Assembly: GCA_038227875.1 (NCBI GenBank) | Contig: JBBRPR010000002.1 | Location: 128,001 to 192,000, forward strand | Direction of reading: 5' to 3' | Origin: Planctomycetota bacterium | GTDB taxonomy: Bacteria > Planctomycetota > SZUA-567 > H5-PLA8 | DNA: 64,000 nucleotides | Shown: positions 1 to 10,229 of the stretch, piece after piece | How the letters are laid out: each line of letters starts with the position of its first letter | Numbering within the stretch: the first letter of the stretch is position 1 | Notes under the pieces: generated by a model | What the model was told of the DNA's origin: nothing | The model's input: only the letters and a program-made list of their open reading frames with translations | Database searches by the model: none | Made by a program: the position numbers and the translations under genes

Positions 1-1336
1 GCAGCGTCGCGAAGCGCAGCGGGCAATGCCCGGTGGCGCTGCGCGTCACGGAGAGCAACGAAATCTGTTCGGCCTGGCTCAGAGTCTCGCGCGGCGTGCG
101 CGTGCGCGAGATCTGAATCCACCACGGGTATACTTCCGGCGAGCGCGGCGACGGCAGCGCGAGCGTGGCGTAAACGCTGTTCAGGGGAATCGTGAGATCG
201 ACGGTCCACGCATCCGCGCCGCGCACGACTTTCGCGCTGACGCCGGGTGGGATCGGAATCGGTTTCACATTCTTGCCGCCGGTCTTGCCGCGCGACGTTT
301 CCACTTTTTCAAATGGATTGAACGCGACCTGCAGGTAGCCGAAGCGCTCCGGACCCACGAAGACTTCGAGGTTGTCCTGATTCCAGACGCCGCCGTCGCC
401 ATCCTTGAGCAGCTCCGGATGGTCTTCGTGGCAGACGATGCGCAGCAGCAGCGCGTCGCGGGTCAGCGCGGCGCGGACTTCGGTGGTTTGGAATTCGGGA
501 TCCAGCGGCGTGTTGCCGCTGTCCTCGCGCAGCAGCGTGGCCGGGAGCATCGACCACGCGGCGGCATCGGCCGGAGCCGCGTTGCACCGCCCGGCGTCGA
601 TGACCGCTGCGCCGAAAAAGTGTTCGGGCAGCGCCGCGGTGACGCGCACGGTCTTCGCGAGTTCGGCTGTCGGAAGCGGTACGAGCAACGACTGGTTGCT
701 CGGAGGAACGCTGGTCTCTTCAAACGGCGTCAGGCCGCGCTGCTGGCGCTGGCGGTAAATCCGCAGCGTGGTGTTGGCGGGAAACTGGCCGTCTTTTTCC
801 AACTCGCGCAAGTCCACGGCGACTTCCGCGCGCCAATGACCTTTCGTGATGCGCGCCGAGGAGAGGATCGCCGAACGCAGGATCGGCGCGGCATCGGTCG
901 TGCCGTTCACATTACACCAGAGCGAACCCAGCGGGTTGACCAGGATCTCGACGGACTGCGAACCCTTCAGTTGGATGCCGAACGAATCGTCGAACCAGAG
1001 GTCCGCGCCGTGAAGCGACTCCTGCGCGACGATGCCGTCGGGTTCGTTGGCGTCGAGAGCCAGCAGCAACCAGCTTCCCGCACGCACGGCCCGCACCGTG
1101 GACGTGCGATCGGCACGCTCCGGCTTTCCGGCGCTCAACATCAATGGCGGCAGAGTGCGCGCGCGCGACCAGACGGCGTCGTGACCCGCGCCATCCAGCA
1201 GCACGGCGTTGGTCACTTCTGCAATGGGGATGTCAAAACCAGGAGGCGTCATCGATTCATTCGTGTCTTCGGCCCAGGAATTCATGGCCGCCAGACAGAG
1301 GACGGCCAGCCCTACCCATCGATGTCCACGGCTCAT
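1..1336 (-). CDS. Secreted protein with CBM9-like sugar-binding domains (partial, runs off left edge)
   Basis: Own translation from ATG at 1336: MSRGHRWVGLAVLCLAAMNSWAEDT (signal peptide). Two CBM9-like segments (LWFDDSFGIQL...NPLG; WNQDNLEVFVG...YLQVAFNP). Absent from the ORF track because there is no stop in the window. Confidence 0.65.
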   Translation of the reverse strand, partial: MSRGHRWVGLAVLCLAAMNSWAEDTNESMTPPGFDIPIAEVTNAVLLDGAGHDAVWSRARTLPPLMLSAGKPERADRTSTVRAVRAGSWLLLALDANEPDGIVAQESLHGADLWFDDSFGIQLKGSQSVEILVNPLGSLWCNVNGTTDAAPILRSAILSSARITKGHWRAEVAVDLRELEKDGQFPANTTLRIYRQRQQRGLTPFEETSVPPSNQSLLVPLPTAELAKTVRVTAALPEHFFGAAVIDAGRCNAAPADAAAWSMLPATLLREDSGNTPLDPEFQTTEVRAALTRDALLLRIVCHEDHPELLKDGDGGVWNQDNLEVFVGPERFGYLQVAFNPFEKVETSRGKTGGKNVKPIPIPPGVSAKVVRGADAWTVDLTIPLNSVYATLALPSPRSPEVYPWWIQISRTRTPRETLSQAEQISLLSVTRSATGHCPLRFATL

Positions 1337-1339
1337 GGA

Positions 1340-3424
1340 CTACTTTCCGCCGGCGGAGATGATGACTGCTTCGTTGGTCTCCATCGCGCCGCCCTTCACG
1401 GTGTACTCCTTGGACTTCTCGGCAGCGTCGATCTTCTCGACGTGTTCGCCGCCGGTCCATTTGTGCGTGATGGTCAGCGGCAGCGCGCCGGCCTTCTTGT
1501 AGTGAACGTAGATGCCGAAGAGGTGATTGAGCGCACCGTTGCCGCCCTTGGTGTAGAACTTGACCAGCACCGAGCGCGTCGGCTGGGCTTCAAACGGGCT
1601 GGAACGGATGGCGGTCTTCGACGGCGTGCAGCCGGGGCTGTAGGCCTTCTTCTGCTCGAAATCCAGGATGCCGTCGACGCACTGCATCCAATGTTCTTCC
1701 TGGTACTTCTCGCCTTCTTCGCCGGCGGAGACGACGCCCTGTTCGCAGGCGGTGACCCACGTCTTGCCGTCGTCGATGGAGAACGCGACGCCGTTGCGCG
1801 TGCTCTTGGATCGGCAGCCGAACTTCGCGCCGGTTTGCACGCGGACGATGTCGCCGGGCGCGTCGACCTTGAAGATCACCGCGCCTTCGTTGCCTTGGAA
1901 CGTGTAGTGTTGGCTGATGTTCTCTGCGAACGCGGCCACGCGTTCAGTCTTGTACGCGGTGCGGTCGAGTTCCTCCTTGCTGATGGTGATGTCCGGTGCG
2001 TAGAGCAGGCAATCCGTATCGCTGCGGGTGAAGGTCATCTTCGTCGGACCATCGACGTACGGCAGCGATGCCGGCGAAACCGTGCCGCGCACCACGCTCT
2101 TGAACGCGGAAACTCCAGAGCCCGCGCCCTGGAAGCTCAGCTTGATCATCCAATCGTACTGCGACTGCAACTGAGGCGTGAGATCGAGCGAGAACTTGCC
2201 GCCCTTGTCGTGGACGACCGACCACGACTTGCCGAGGTCCAGCGAGAGCGAAACGGTGCCCTTATCGTTGGCGAATTCGCCTTCGAACTTCGCGCCGTCG
2301 TTGTCGTCCTTGGGATCGTTGAGGGCGTTGGGGCAGCCCACGCAGCCGTAGGGGCTGTAGTAATGGTAGACGACCTCCGCCGGAGCGGCCGCGTCTTCGG
2401 GACGGAAGAACGGAGCGGCGGGGTTGTAGGCCACGTTGGTTTTCTGGAAGAGGCCGTCGAGGCTCGACTTTTTGTTCAGCGGCGGTTCATACGTCATTTC
2501 GAAATTGCCGTACCGCGCCATGCCGCCGTCTTTGAAAATGTACCAGGTCTCGGGGCGTTCGGGGCCCTGCTTGTGCTGATTGACCAGCGTCTTGTATGAG
2601 TCGCTGTCGGCGTTGGCCGGCACGGCGAAGTGGAACTTCGGCGCCCACTGCCGCTTGAAGTAGCGCGCGAGCGTCTCGCCTTCGCGCAACGAGAGGTTCA
2701 TGGAATGCGCGCTGACTTTGCGGCCGTACATCAGGTCGTGGATGCCGCCGTTGAGGCAGCCCCATTCGCCATTCGGGGAATCGTACTTGAAGTAACCTTC
2801 CGGCTGCTTCTCGTGCTTTTCCAGGAGCAGATTCTTGTTCGCGTTGATTTCATCGACCGAGGGGACGGTGCCGTCTTCCTTGCGGCGGCAGAAGCCCATC
2901 ATGTCGACGTCGAAGTGATGCCATTTGCCGTCGTACTTGGCTTCGCAGACGGTGTGGCCGTCGACGCCGCCGATGCGTCCGGTCATGCCGGCCGCGTTGA
3001 AAAAGTAATCTTCAATCCACGAGATCGAACCGCAGATGGCGTAGCCGTAAACGTTGAGCAGTTTGGTGGCGTCCATGACCTTCGCGTTTTCGTTGTTGTA
3101 CTTGCGCGACTTCAACGTGTCGGCCATGGGCTCTTCCGGCGGCATGTGATGGTAGGAGTGCCGGATCAGGTAAAAGTAAATCGCTTCCGCCTTTTCCTGG
3201 TCCTTCATCTCCGGCTTGAGAATGGTTTTGAGCACGTTCTCAATGTTGGAGAGATCGGGGTTCTTCTCGCTGACCACCTTGACGCCGTTGGCGCCGGCCT
3301 CGTCTGCGCAGAAAGCTGTGGTACACACGGAAAACGCCAGGGCGAAGGCGAGCGCCGAAAATCCAAGATTACGCAAGGGAGATCTCCACAAACCAGAGAA
3401 AAGCGATGCTTCAAAATCAAACAT
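1340..3424 (-). CDS. Secreted transglutaminase-like domain protein
   Basis: 694 aa ORF with signal peptide. YGYAICG...GHTVCEAKYDGKWHHFDVD fits a Cys-His-Asp transglutaminase-like triad. Confidence 0.65.
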   Translation of the reverse strand: MFDFEASLFSGLWRSPLRNLGFSALAFALAFSVCTTAFCADEAGANGVKVVSEKNPDLSNIENVLKTILKPEMKDQEKAEAIYFYLIRHSYHHMPPEEPMADTLKSRKYNNENAKVMDATKLLNVYGYAICGSISWIEDYFFNAAGMTGRIGGVDGHTVCEAKYDGKWHHFDVDMMGFCRRKEDGTVPSVDEINANKNLLLEKHEKQPEGYFKYDSPNGEWGCLNGGIHDLMYGRKVSAHSMNLSLREGETLARYFKRQWAPKFHFAVPANADSDSYKTLVNQHKQGPERPETWYIFKDGGMARYGNFEMTYEPPLNKKSSLDGLFQKTNVAYNPAAPFFRPEDAAAPAEVVYHYYSPYGCVGCPNALNDPKDDNDGAKFEGEFANDKGTVSLSLDLGKSWSVVHDKGGKFSLDLTPQLQSQYDWMIKLSFQGAGSGVSAFKSVVRGTVSPASLPYVDGPTKMTFTRSDTDCLLYAPDITISKEELDRTAYKTERVAAFAENISQHYTFQGNEGAVIFKVDAPGDIVRVQTGAKFGCRSKSTRNGVAFSIDDGKTWVTACEQGVVSAGEEGEKYQEEHWMQCVDGILDFEQKKAYSPGCTPSKTAIRSSPFEAQPTRSVLVKFYTKGGNGALNHLFGIYVHYKKAGALPLTITHKWTGGEHVEKIDAAEKSKEYTVKGGAMETNEAVIISAGGK

Positions 3425-3639
3425 TTGTTCTGTATTTAGTACACCGTGCTCGAATTTCTGTTAAGGCCATTTTCACGCGATTTTGCACGCATTGCTGCGG
3501 AAATACTGGTGTATCGTAAACAGTCCGCATGTTCTGTTCTATGTACAGTACAACAACGAGGTGAAAATCCACGTTTGCACGATGGGTGTGGGAGTTGGAG
3601 CCGGTGCGCCGGCTTCAAATGGGGCCAACAGGAGCGATA

Positions 3640-5802
3640 ATGAAGACGTTTCAAATCGGCATGGTGCTGTTGCTGGCGGCGGCTCTGGCGGCCGTCTCGG
3701 CGCGGGCGGAAGAGGATGACCTGTACTACCTCTATGTGAAAAACGCACCGGAATTCAAACCCGTCAAGCAGGATCCCGCCGGCTGGACCGCGCGCTGGGA
3801 TACCTGGATTTACATGCCCTGGCGTTACCAGTGGGGCATTGGCACCGGCGACGAAGGCGGCCAGTTCTGCAAGGATTACGGCTTCAACGGCGGCTTCACC
3901 GATCACGGCGATCCCGGTCCTCTGCCGTGGCTGGAAAAGTGGAATTTGAAATTCTACAACGATCACACCGCCTCCAAGGGCTGGCTCCATCTGGGCACCG
4001 GCGATTTCAAAAAATACATGCGCGATCCGCGTGTCATTCGCACCGGTTCCAACGGCCCGGCGCCGCTGAATGAAGCGATGATGACCAAACTCAAGAAGAT
4101 CGTCACCGACGGCGTCAACAATCTGAAGAAGAGTCCCGTCCGCGCCGCGTATTCGCTGGACGACGAAATCTCCACCGGCTCGTTCGTGAAGCCGCTGGCC
4201 TGGCGCGTCAACGACGACGACAAGGCCTACGAAAAGTGGCTGGAAAGCTACTACGGCAAGAATCCGCCGAAGGCGCAGTACGTCACCGCCGATTCCTTCG
4301 CCAGCCAGTACGGCAAGGCGCTCAAGGATCTGGATTTTTCCCCGCTGCTGGATCGCATGACCTACAACGATTCGGTCTGGGCCAACTTCCTGGGCGAACT
4401 GGTGGAATGCTCCAACGCCGCCGATCCGGACACGCCGTGCGGCTTCGTGGGCGGACAGTCGCCGAACACCTTCGGCGGTTACGACTACGCCAAGCTCTGC
4501 AGAAAGATTCAGTTCATCGAAGCGTACCTGGGAACCGCGCAGTCGATCATTCGCTCGTTCAATCCCAACATCCCGCAGGTGACGACGCATTTCCACAACG
4601 ACAAGCTCGGCACGGTCAATGATTTTTGGCAGGAATGGTGGTGCCTGGCGCACGGCAACCGCGGCATGATCGGCTGGGTCGAAGGCTGGTTCGACGGCAA
4701 GACGCCGCGCAAGTGGCTGGAAGACTGGAAGGGCCCGAACAAGGAACTCTGCACCGTCCAGGGGCCGAAAGTGGTCGGCAGCAAATGGGTCCACGACGGC
4801 ATCGCGATCTACTACTCGCAGGCGTCGATCCAGGTGTCGTGGTGTCTGGACATTGAAGCGCATGGCAAGACCTGGCCCAACCGCGGCAGCGACGACGCGC
4901 ACGGCACGTGGCATCTGGTGCGCAAGGCCTGGGAGGAGATCCTGACGGATTCCGGACTGCAGTACAATTGGATCAGCTACGATCAGGTGGTGCTCACCGG
5001 CGTGCCCAAGGATTACAAAGTCCTGATCCTGCCGGCCAACTACGCGCTGTCGGACATCGAAGCCAAGCACATCCGCGAATTCTGCGAAGGTGGCGGCACG
5101 GTGATCGCCGATTTCGCCTGCGGCATCTTCGATCAGCACGGCAAGGGCCGCGCCAAGGGCGCGCTGGATGACATGTTCGGCGTGGCGCACGACGGCTCGG
5201 AAACCAAGAAGGATTTCTTCGCCGGCTCACTGTGGGTCGAGACCGATCAGGATTCCGGCTTCAACGCTGGCATCAAGAAGCTCCTGGCGACGCTCAGCCC
5301 CAAGCTGCAGGACGGCTTCGCCATCGCCGAGCCGAAGATCAAGGTGAACAACGTCAAGAAGGTGGGCACGGGCTCGGCGGTGTACCTGAACCTTTCTCCT
5401 CAGCGCTACCTGCTCTACCGCGAAGAGAAGACCACCGACGACGCGCAGCGCGCGGTCTTCACCAAGGCGATCACCGATGCCGGCGTGAAGCCCTGGGTGA
5501 AAGTCACCGCCAACGGCAAGCGGCCGGTGAACTGCGAAACGACGTACTTCACGAAGAACGGCCGGACGTTTGTCTTCATCGTTCAGAACGCGACGGTGAC
5601 GTCGACGTCACTGGGCGACACGAAGACCGAAGGCCTGGGCGCCGGCAAGCTCAACGTCGACGTGGAATTCTCCGGCGCCGTGAAAGACGCCATCGACGAA
5701 CGCGCCGGCAAGAAGCTCGGCGACGGCGCGAAGTTCCAAGTCGAGTTCAACACCGCCGAAGCCGCGCTGTTGAGCTTTGACGGCAAGCCTCCGGGGAAGT
5801 GA
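3640..5802 (+). CDS. Secreted glycoside-hydrolase-like protein with beta-galactosidase trimerisation (GH42 middle-type) domain
   Basis: AGGAG RBS before ATG 3640; signal peptide MKTFQIGMVLLLAAALAAVSARA; motif YKVLILP..ALSD.EA..IREF.EGGGTVIAD. Confidence 0.65.
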   Translation: MKTFQIGMVLLLAAALAAVSARAEEDDLYYLYVKNAPEFKPVKQDPAGWTARWDTWIYMPWRYQWGIGTGDEGGQFCKDYGFNGGFTDHGDPGPLPWLEKWNLKFYNDHTASKGWLHLGTGDFKKYMRDPRVIRTGSNGPAPLNEAMMTKLKKIVTDGVNNLKKSPVRAAYSLDDEISTGSFVKPLAWRVNDDDKAYEKWLESYYGKNPPKAQYVTADSFASQYGKALKDLDFSPLLDRMTYNDSVWANFLGELVECSNAADPDTPCGFVGGQSPNTFGGYDYAKLCRKIQFIEAYLGTAQSIIRSFNPNIPQVTTHFHNDKLGTVNDFWQEWWCLAHGNRGMIGWVEGWFDGKTPRKWLEDWKGPNKELCTVQGPKVVGSKWVHDGIAIYYSQASIQVSWCLDIEAHGKTWPNRGSDDAHGTWHLVRKAWEEILTDSGLQYNWISYDQVVLTGVPKDYKVLILPANYALSDIEAKHIREFCEGGGTVIADFACGIFDQHGKGRAKGALDDMFGVAHDGSETKKDFFAGSLWVETDQDSGFNAGIKKLLATLSPKLQDGFAIAEPKIKVNNVKKVGTGSAVYLNLSPQRYLLYREEKTTDDAQRAVFTKAITDAGVKPWVKVTANGKRPVNCETTYFTKNGRTFVFIVQNATVTSTSLGDTKTEGLGAGKLNVDVEFSGAVKDAIDERAGKKLGDGAKFQVEFNTAEAALLSFDGKPPGK

Positions 5803-5837
5803 GGGAATGTCGAGAAGTGAATGTCGAATGTCGAAGA
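5803..5837 (+). repeat. GAATGTC heptamer-based dispersed repeat, copy 1
   Basis: gggaatgtcgagaagtgaatgtcgaatgtcgaaga; 34/35 identical to 12707-12741; related reverse copy at 38081-38105. Confidence 0.85.
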
Positions 5838-5843
5838 TCGGAG

Positions 5844-5872
5844 AACTCCCCGCGGAAGCGGGGAGTTTTTTT
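5844..5872 (+). terminator. Rho-independent terminator
   Basis: aactccccgc-ggaa-gcggggagtt followed by a T run. Confidence 0.85.
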
Positions 5873-6011
5873 GAACGTGCTCAGTCCCGCGAATATTGCT
5901 CCTGAATGACAACGATTGTCCTGGAGCTTCTTGTCGCAAGCGATCCGGCCCGAGGGGCCGGGCCACCCCTCGCGGGTTGGTCGCTCGATTTTACAGAATC
6001 GTGGCCGTCAT

Positions 6012-9000
6012 TCAGGGCTTGAAGACTTCGACCTTGTCCTGGTCTTCTTCGCTGCCGTCGAAGGAATAGAACTGCTGCTGGGTCTGTTCGAGTTCTTCCT
6101 TGGTGGGCGTGGGGATGTTGAACTTGAGTTCGCCGAGTTCGAGCTTCTCGCCGTTCTTCACGGAGAACTCCTTCAGCGGCTTGCCACCGATCAGGCTGTT
6201 GGTTCCGGTGATCGAGTTGGTGCCGAGCTGGTAGAGCTTGTAGTCGCCCGGCGGCAGGTGGTCGATGTTGAAGAGATCGAGGTGGTTGTTCTGCAGTTCC
6301 TTGGGCGGTGTGCCGATCACCACGGGTTCGAGCGTGGGCTGCTGCTGGCGGGCCTGCATGTTGTAATAAAACGTGGCCAGGATGTCGGAGCTCACGAGCA
6401 CGAAGCTCACCGGCTGGACCAGTTTGTCCCGTGGCACATCGGGCGGGAATTGCGGCACCAGCGAGACGGCGACCGAGCCGGTCGACGGGGCGATCGTAAT
6501 GGCCTTCGCCTCGAGCTTGGCGATCTGGGCGGCGTTGTCCAGCGGCTGTGAGGCGACGCTGGCGATGCTGCGCATGATCGTGACGTTGTTGCGCTGGCCG
6601 TATTCCGGATCGTAATAGTTCTCCATGTCGGAGACGAGCACGCGGTACGAGTCCTCCGGGGCAATGAACTCGATGCGGCCCGCGCCATCGACGGTGTCGT
6701 TGGGCAGGTTTTGCATCCAGAGGTCCTCAACGCGGCCGTTCTTGAAGAACGATTCGCGATAAAGATGCGCCGTTCGGCCGGCCTGCGCGGGGCCGACGTT
6801 GAGGACGATGCCCGCGTTGCGCACGAACTGGAGCTTCACGTTTGCGGGCTCTTTCTGATCCTTGGTCAGGGTCAGGCGCGTGGCCGGTTGCGTCGGGCCG
6901 CAGCCCGGCACGTCGACAGCCACGGTGTAAATGCCCGGCGGCAGGCCTGAATACGTAAATTTACCATCGGCGCCGACGCAGGCGACCATGCTGCGCCCGG
7001 CGTGGTCGTTAAGCACGACGTTGGCGTTGACCACGGTCACTCCGGCGGGAAGTTCCAGTTGCCCGCTGATCTTCAAGCCGGTGTGCAGCGTCGCAGTGAA
7101 GAGCGACTCGTCTTCGCCGGCCACGACCGTGGCGGTGGCGTCAGGGTCGGTGAAGTAGCCGTTGAGTTCGATCTGGAGTTTGCGCGGGCCATCGGCCAGG
7201 CCCTTGAAGTGGACTTCTCCCGCCGCGTTGGTGCGCTGCATGCGGTTGCCGCCCTGCCGGCCGAAGGGATTGAAATTCGCGTTGGGCGCGGTGGGCCAGA
7301 CCTGCACGCCGGCCATCGGTTTGCCGGCCTCATCGACGGTCTTCACACGGAGCTTGCCGTAGTCGCGCTTGCGCAGGTTGACGACGATCTCGTCCACCTT
7401 CAAGTCCGGCACAGTGAGATCGAGCGTTACCGGATGGTACCCGGCGAGCGCGACGCGGATGCGGTTGGGCAGGTAGCCCATGTTGTAATAGGACATGTTG
7501 AAGTCGAACTCGCCTTTTTGATTGGTGTTGATCCCGCTGGAACTGCTGCCGAAGGCGCTGACGGTTTCCAGATTGACGGTGGCTCCTTGAGCGGGCGCTC
7601 CGGTGGGGAGCAGGATCTTGCCTTTGATGTCGCCGAACGCCTTCTTGGGCGTGGGGAGTTTCAGTTCGGGCAGGTCGGTGGCCTTGCCCGCGGCAACGTC
7701 GATGCCGTAGACGACCGCCGATTCGCCGTTGCGGCCGTGCGCCGAGAGGGCGTACTTGCCCGGGCGCAGATTCTTGATTTCGAACGTTCCGTCCTGCTTA
7801 TCCTGGGCGTAATGCGAATGCATGCCCGCGGGGTCGTAGTAGTTTTGCGTGAAGACCTGGACGCCGGCGATGATCAGGTAGTTCTCTTCGATCAGCGCGA
7901 GGGAGATGTCGTGGCAGGGCTCGCCCTTCTCGTTGACGATCTTGCCTTTCAGTGTGCTACCAGCGGAGGGCTTGAGGCTCATTTCCACCGGCGCGCCGGC
8001 CTTGATCTCAATGTCGCGCAGAGAATATTCGACCGTGTTCTCCGCCGACTGATCGTTGCCGTTGCCGCGGAAGAAGATGCGGCCCTGATTCTCTGTCGTG
8101 GTGGTGCGGAGGAGAATGTGGAACTTGCCGGGCTTGAGATTCTCCAGCGTCACTTTGCCCTTTTCGTCGGTCTGTTGAAGTGCTGCGCCGTTGTCGTACA
8201 TGCGCTGCTGGTATTCGGTTTTCAGCGCGGCCCGGGCGACAACCGGGTCGTCGGAGACTGGCACGATGCTCATGTAGAAGTGCATTTTCTCGAGCGGCTT
8301 GCCGTCTTCCTTGGAGAGCGTCAGCTGCAATGAACCGCGGGACTTGGGAGTCAGCGTGGTGTCGGGGACCTGGGTGACCTGGCCTTCGTGGATGCGGACG
8401 ACGGGGCCGAGCGTCGGTTCGCAGGATTCGTGCGTCCAGACCAGACGGTAGACGCCATCGAAGACGTTTTCGAGCTTTGCGTTGCCCTTCTCGTCGGTGG
8501 ACTGGGTGAGCTCCGGGCGTCCGCCGAAGCGGTTTTGAAAGGTCGGATCGTCGATGTATTCGCCGATATCGATCACGGTGGAGAGGAGCAGTTTGGCATC
8601 CTTGAGCGGCTTGCCGGCGGCGTCGAGGGCGCGGGCTTCGCACGTGCCGCCCTGGGTGAGCTGAACGGTGATGCGGTTGGGACCGGGTACCAGGTTGAGG
8701 CGCGAAACGTATGAGAAATTGCCCACCACCGCGCACTTCTTCCAGTTGAAGTAAACGTTGTAAACGGACGGTTCGGTCTTGAGCAGGAGCTCGGTGCCGT
8801 CGGCCTTGGTGGTGACGGCCTGGGGCTGCTGGTTTCCGCCGCCCATTTCCTTGCTGAGCGTCAGGTCGGCGCCCACGCCGGGGAGCGGCTTGCCGCTCCG
8901 GTCGAGCGTGAGCAGGGTCAGCGTGGCCTGACTGAGCTTGCCGAGCAGATCGGTGGCGGCGGCTTTGATTTCCGGATCGCTGCCGTTGGCGCCTTTTTCC

Positions 9001-9254
9001 AGCGCTTCGCGGGCGGCTTCGCCGAGGTTGGCGAGATTGGTGGAGGCGGAATTGCGTTCGTCGAAGTCTTCACTGTTGAGCCTGGAGACCCATGTGGCCG
9101 CATCGCCAGCGGCAGGCGCGGTGGTCGCGGAGGGGGATTCTTCCGCGCCAGCCGAGCCAGCCATGAATGCAAACGCAATGAGCGGCCCTGCGGACAGGAG
9201 CAGTCCGCTGGACAACTGAGAGCGCAAAGACGTGTCAGACTTTCGCAAACGCAT
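6012..9254 (-). CDS. Large secreted protein: N-terminal HEAT-like helices plus multiple carboxypeptidase-regulatory-like beta-sandwich repeats
   Basis: 1080 aa; signal peptide; repeated D..GKP..G/A.V ... TD..G ... L.PG.Y motifs. Confidence 0.75.
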   Translation of the reverse strand: MRLRKSDTSLRSQLSSGLLLSAGPLIAFAFMAGSAGAEESPSATTAPAAGDAATWVSRLNSEDFDERNSASTNLANLGEAAREALEKGANGSDPEIKAAATDLLGKLSQATLTLLTLDRSGKPLPGVGADLTLSKEMGGGNQQPQAVTTKADGTELLLKTEPSVYNVYFNWKKCAVVGNFSYVSRLNLVPGPNRITVQLTQGGTCEARALDAAGKPLKDAKLLLSTVIDIGEYIDDPTFQNRFGGRPELTQSTDEKGNAKLENVFDGVYRLVWTHESCEPTLGPVVRIHEGQVTQVPDTTLTPKSRGSLQLTLSKEDGKPLEKMHFYMSIVPVSDDPVVARAALKTEYQQRMYDNGAALQQTDEKGKVTLENLKPGKFHILLRTTTTENQGRIFFRGNGNDQSAENTVEYSLRDIEIKAGAPVEMSLKPSAGSTLKGKIVNEKGEPCHDISLALIEENYLIIAGVQVFTQNYYDPAGMHSHYAQDKQDGTFEIKNLRPGKYALSAHGRNGESAVVYGIDVAAGKATDLPELKLPTPKKAFGDIKGKILLPTGAPAQGATVNLETVSAFGSSSSGINTNQKGEFDFNMSYYNMGYLPNRIRVALAGYHPVTLDLTVPDLKVDEIVVNLRKRDYGKLRVKTVDEAGKPMAGVQVWPTAPNANFNPFGRQGGNRMQRTNAAGEVHFKGLADGPRKLQIELNGYFTDPDATATVVAGEDESLFTATLHTGLKISGQLELPAGVTVVNANVVLNDHAGRSMVACVGADGKFTYSGLPPGIYTVAVDVPGCGPTQPATRLTLTKDQKEPANVKLQFVRNAGIVLNVGPAQAGRTAHLYRESFFKNGRVEDLWMQNLPNDTVDGAGRIEFIAPEDSYRVLVSDMENYYDPEYGQRNNVTIMRSIASVASQPLDNAAQIAKLEAKAITIAPSTGSVAVSLVPQFPPDVPRDKLVQPVSFVLVSSDILATFYYNMQARQQQPTLEPVVIGTPPKELQNNHLDLFNIDHLPPGDYKLYQLGTNSITGTNSLIGGKPLKEFSVKNGEKLELGELKFNIPTPTKEELEQTQQQFYSFDGSEEDQDKVEVFKP

Positions 9255-9344
9255 ACCGGCCGTGCCTCCAGATATGTTCCGCGTACGGTTAAGCCGGGCC
9301 CAGGATTGAACGCTGACACCATGGACGTGTCAACGCGCCGGGCA

Positions 9345-10001
9345 TTACGCTTTCGTTGACGCAGAAACAACCGGAGCCGGAGCGGCGGCAGCGACTGGCG
9401 CGACCGGAGCAGCAGCGGGAGCCGGGCGCGGAGTGGCCGCGGCCGAAGGCCCGCCACCGGTGCGTTCCGGTTTTGCCGGTTTGTCGGGCACGGCCTGTTT
9501 CGGAGCCAGGATGAGACCGACACGCTTTCCTTCGCGGAAGGGAGGGCGTTCAACCTTGGCCGAATCGGCGAGCTGCGTCACGACGTTCTTCAGGATCTGT
9601 TCACCGATCGACTGATGGGCGATTTCGCGGCCCTTGTAGATCATGGTGAACTGCACGCGGTGGCCTGCTTCCAGGAACTCCTTGGCGTGCGTGACCTTGA
9701 TGTCGAGATCGTGCTTGCCGATCTTGAAACTCAACCGTACTTCCTTGAGATCGTGGGCGTGCGCCTTCTTGCGCGCCTTCTGTTCCTTCTTCTGTTCGTG
9801 GTAGATGTGCTTGCCGTAATCCATGATGCGGCACACCGGTGGTTCGGCCGTCGGCGCGACTTCCACCAGATCCAGTTCCAGTTCTGTGGCCTTCATGCGT
9901 GCCTGGTCGGCCAGCATGATTCCCAGCTGTGCACCTTCCGGTCCGATCACGCGGACGGTCTTCGACTTGATTTCCGCGTTAATTTTCAGTCTCTCTGAAA
10001 T
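9345..10001 (-). CDS. infC: Translation initiation factor IF-3, ATT start, Ala/Pro-rich C-terminal tail
   Basis: INAEI..VRVIG...LDLVEVAP.AEPPVCRIMDYGK and KEVRL..KIG.HD motifs; AAGGAGG lies 8 nt before ATT at 10001. Confidence 0.97.
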   Translation of the reverse strand: MSERLKINAEIKSKTVRVIGPEGAQLGIMLADQARMKATELELDLVEVAPTAEPPVCRIMDYGKHIYHEQKKEQKARKKAHAHDLKEVRLSFKIGKHDLDIKVTHAKEFLEAGHRVQFTMIYKGREIAHQSIGEQILKNVVTQLADSAKVERPPFREGKRVGLILAPKQAVPDKPAKPERTGGGPSAAATPRPAPAAAPVAPVAAAAPAPVVSASTKA

Positions 10002-10085
10002 GGCCGTAGCCTCCTTGTTCCTTGAGTATCCCCCTGCGTGGCCCGGGCACATACCCGGGTTTACAACACCTGCCTGCTCCGTCGT

Positions 10086-10229
10086 TTACTGATTCTGTCC
10101 CAAGTACAGATGCGCAACGTCGACCCGGGCCTGGGTGGTGCGCATAATGCCCGCGAATTGACCATCCGGTCCAATCAGACGGACCATCGCTGTCTTGATT
10201 TCATCGTTCATCCGTAGTCGTTCAGTCAT
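10086..10229 (-). CDS. 47-aa small protein paralogous to the IF3 N-terminus
   Basis: MTERLRMNDEIKTAMVRLIGPDGQFAGIMRTTQARVDVAHLYLGQNQ; AAAGGAGGT SD; gap-free alignment to InfC residues 1-36. Confidence 0.7.
   Translation of the reverse strand: MTERLRMNDEIKTAMVRLIGPDGQFAGIMRTTQARVDVAHLYLGQNQ

Noticed and set aside
26..2599. 857-aa plus-strand ORF
   Set aside because: Antisense shadow of two minus-strand genes that have signal peptides and recognisable motifs; typical of high-GC DNA.
3436..5190. 584-aa minus-strand ORF
   Set aside because: Shadow of the GH42-like gene.
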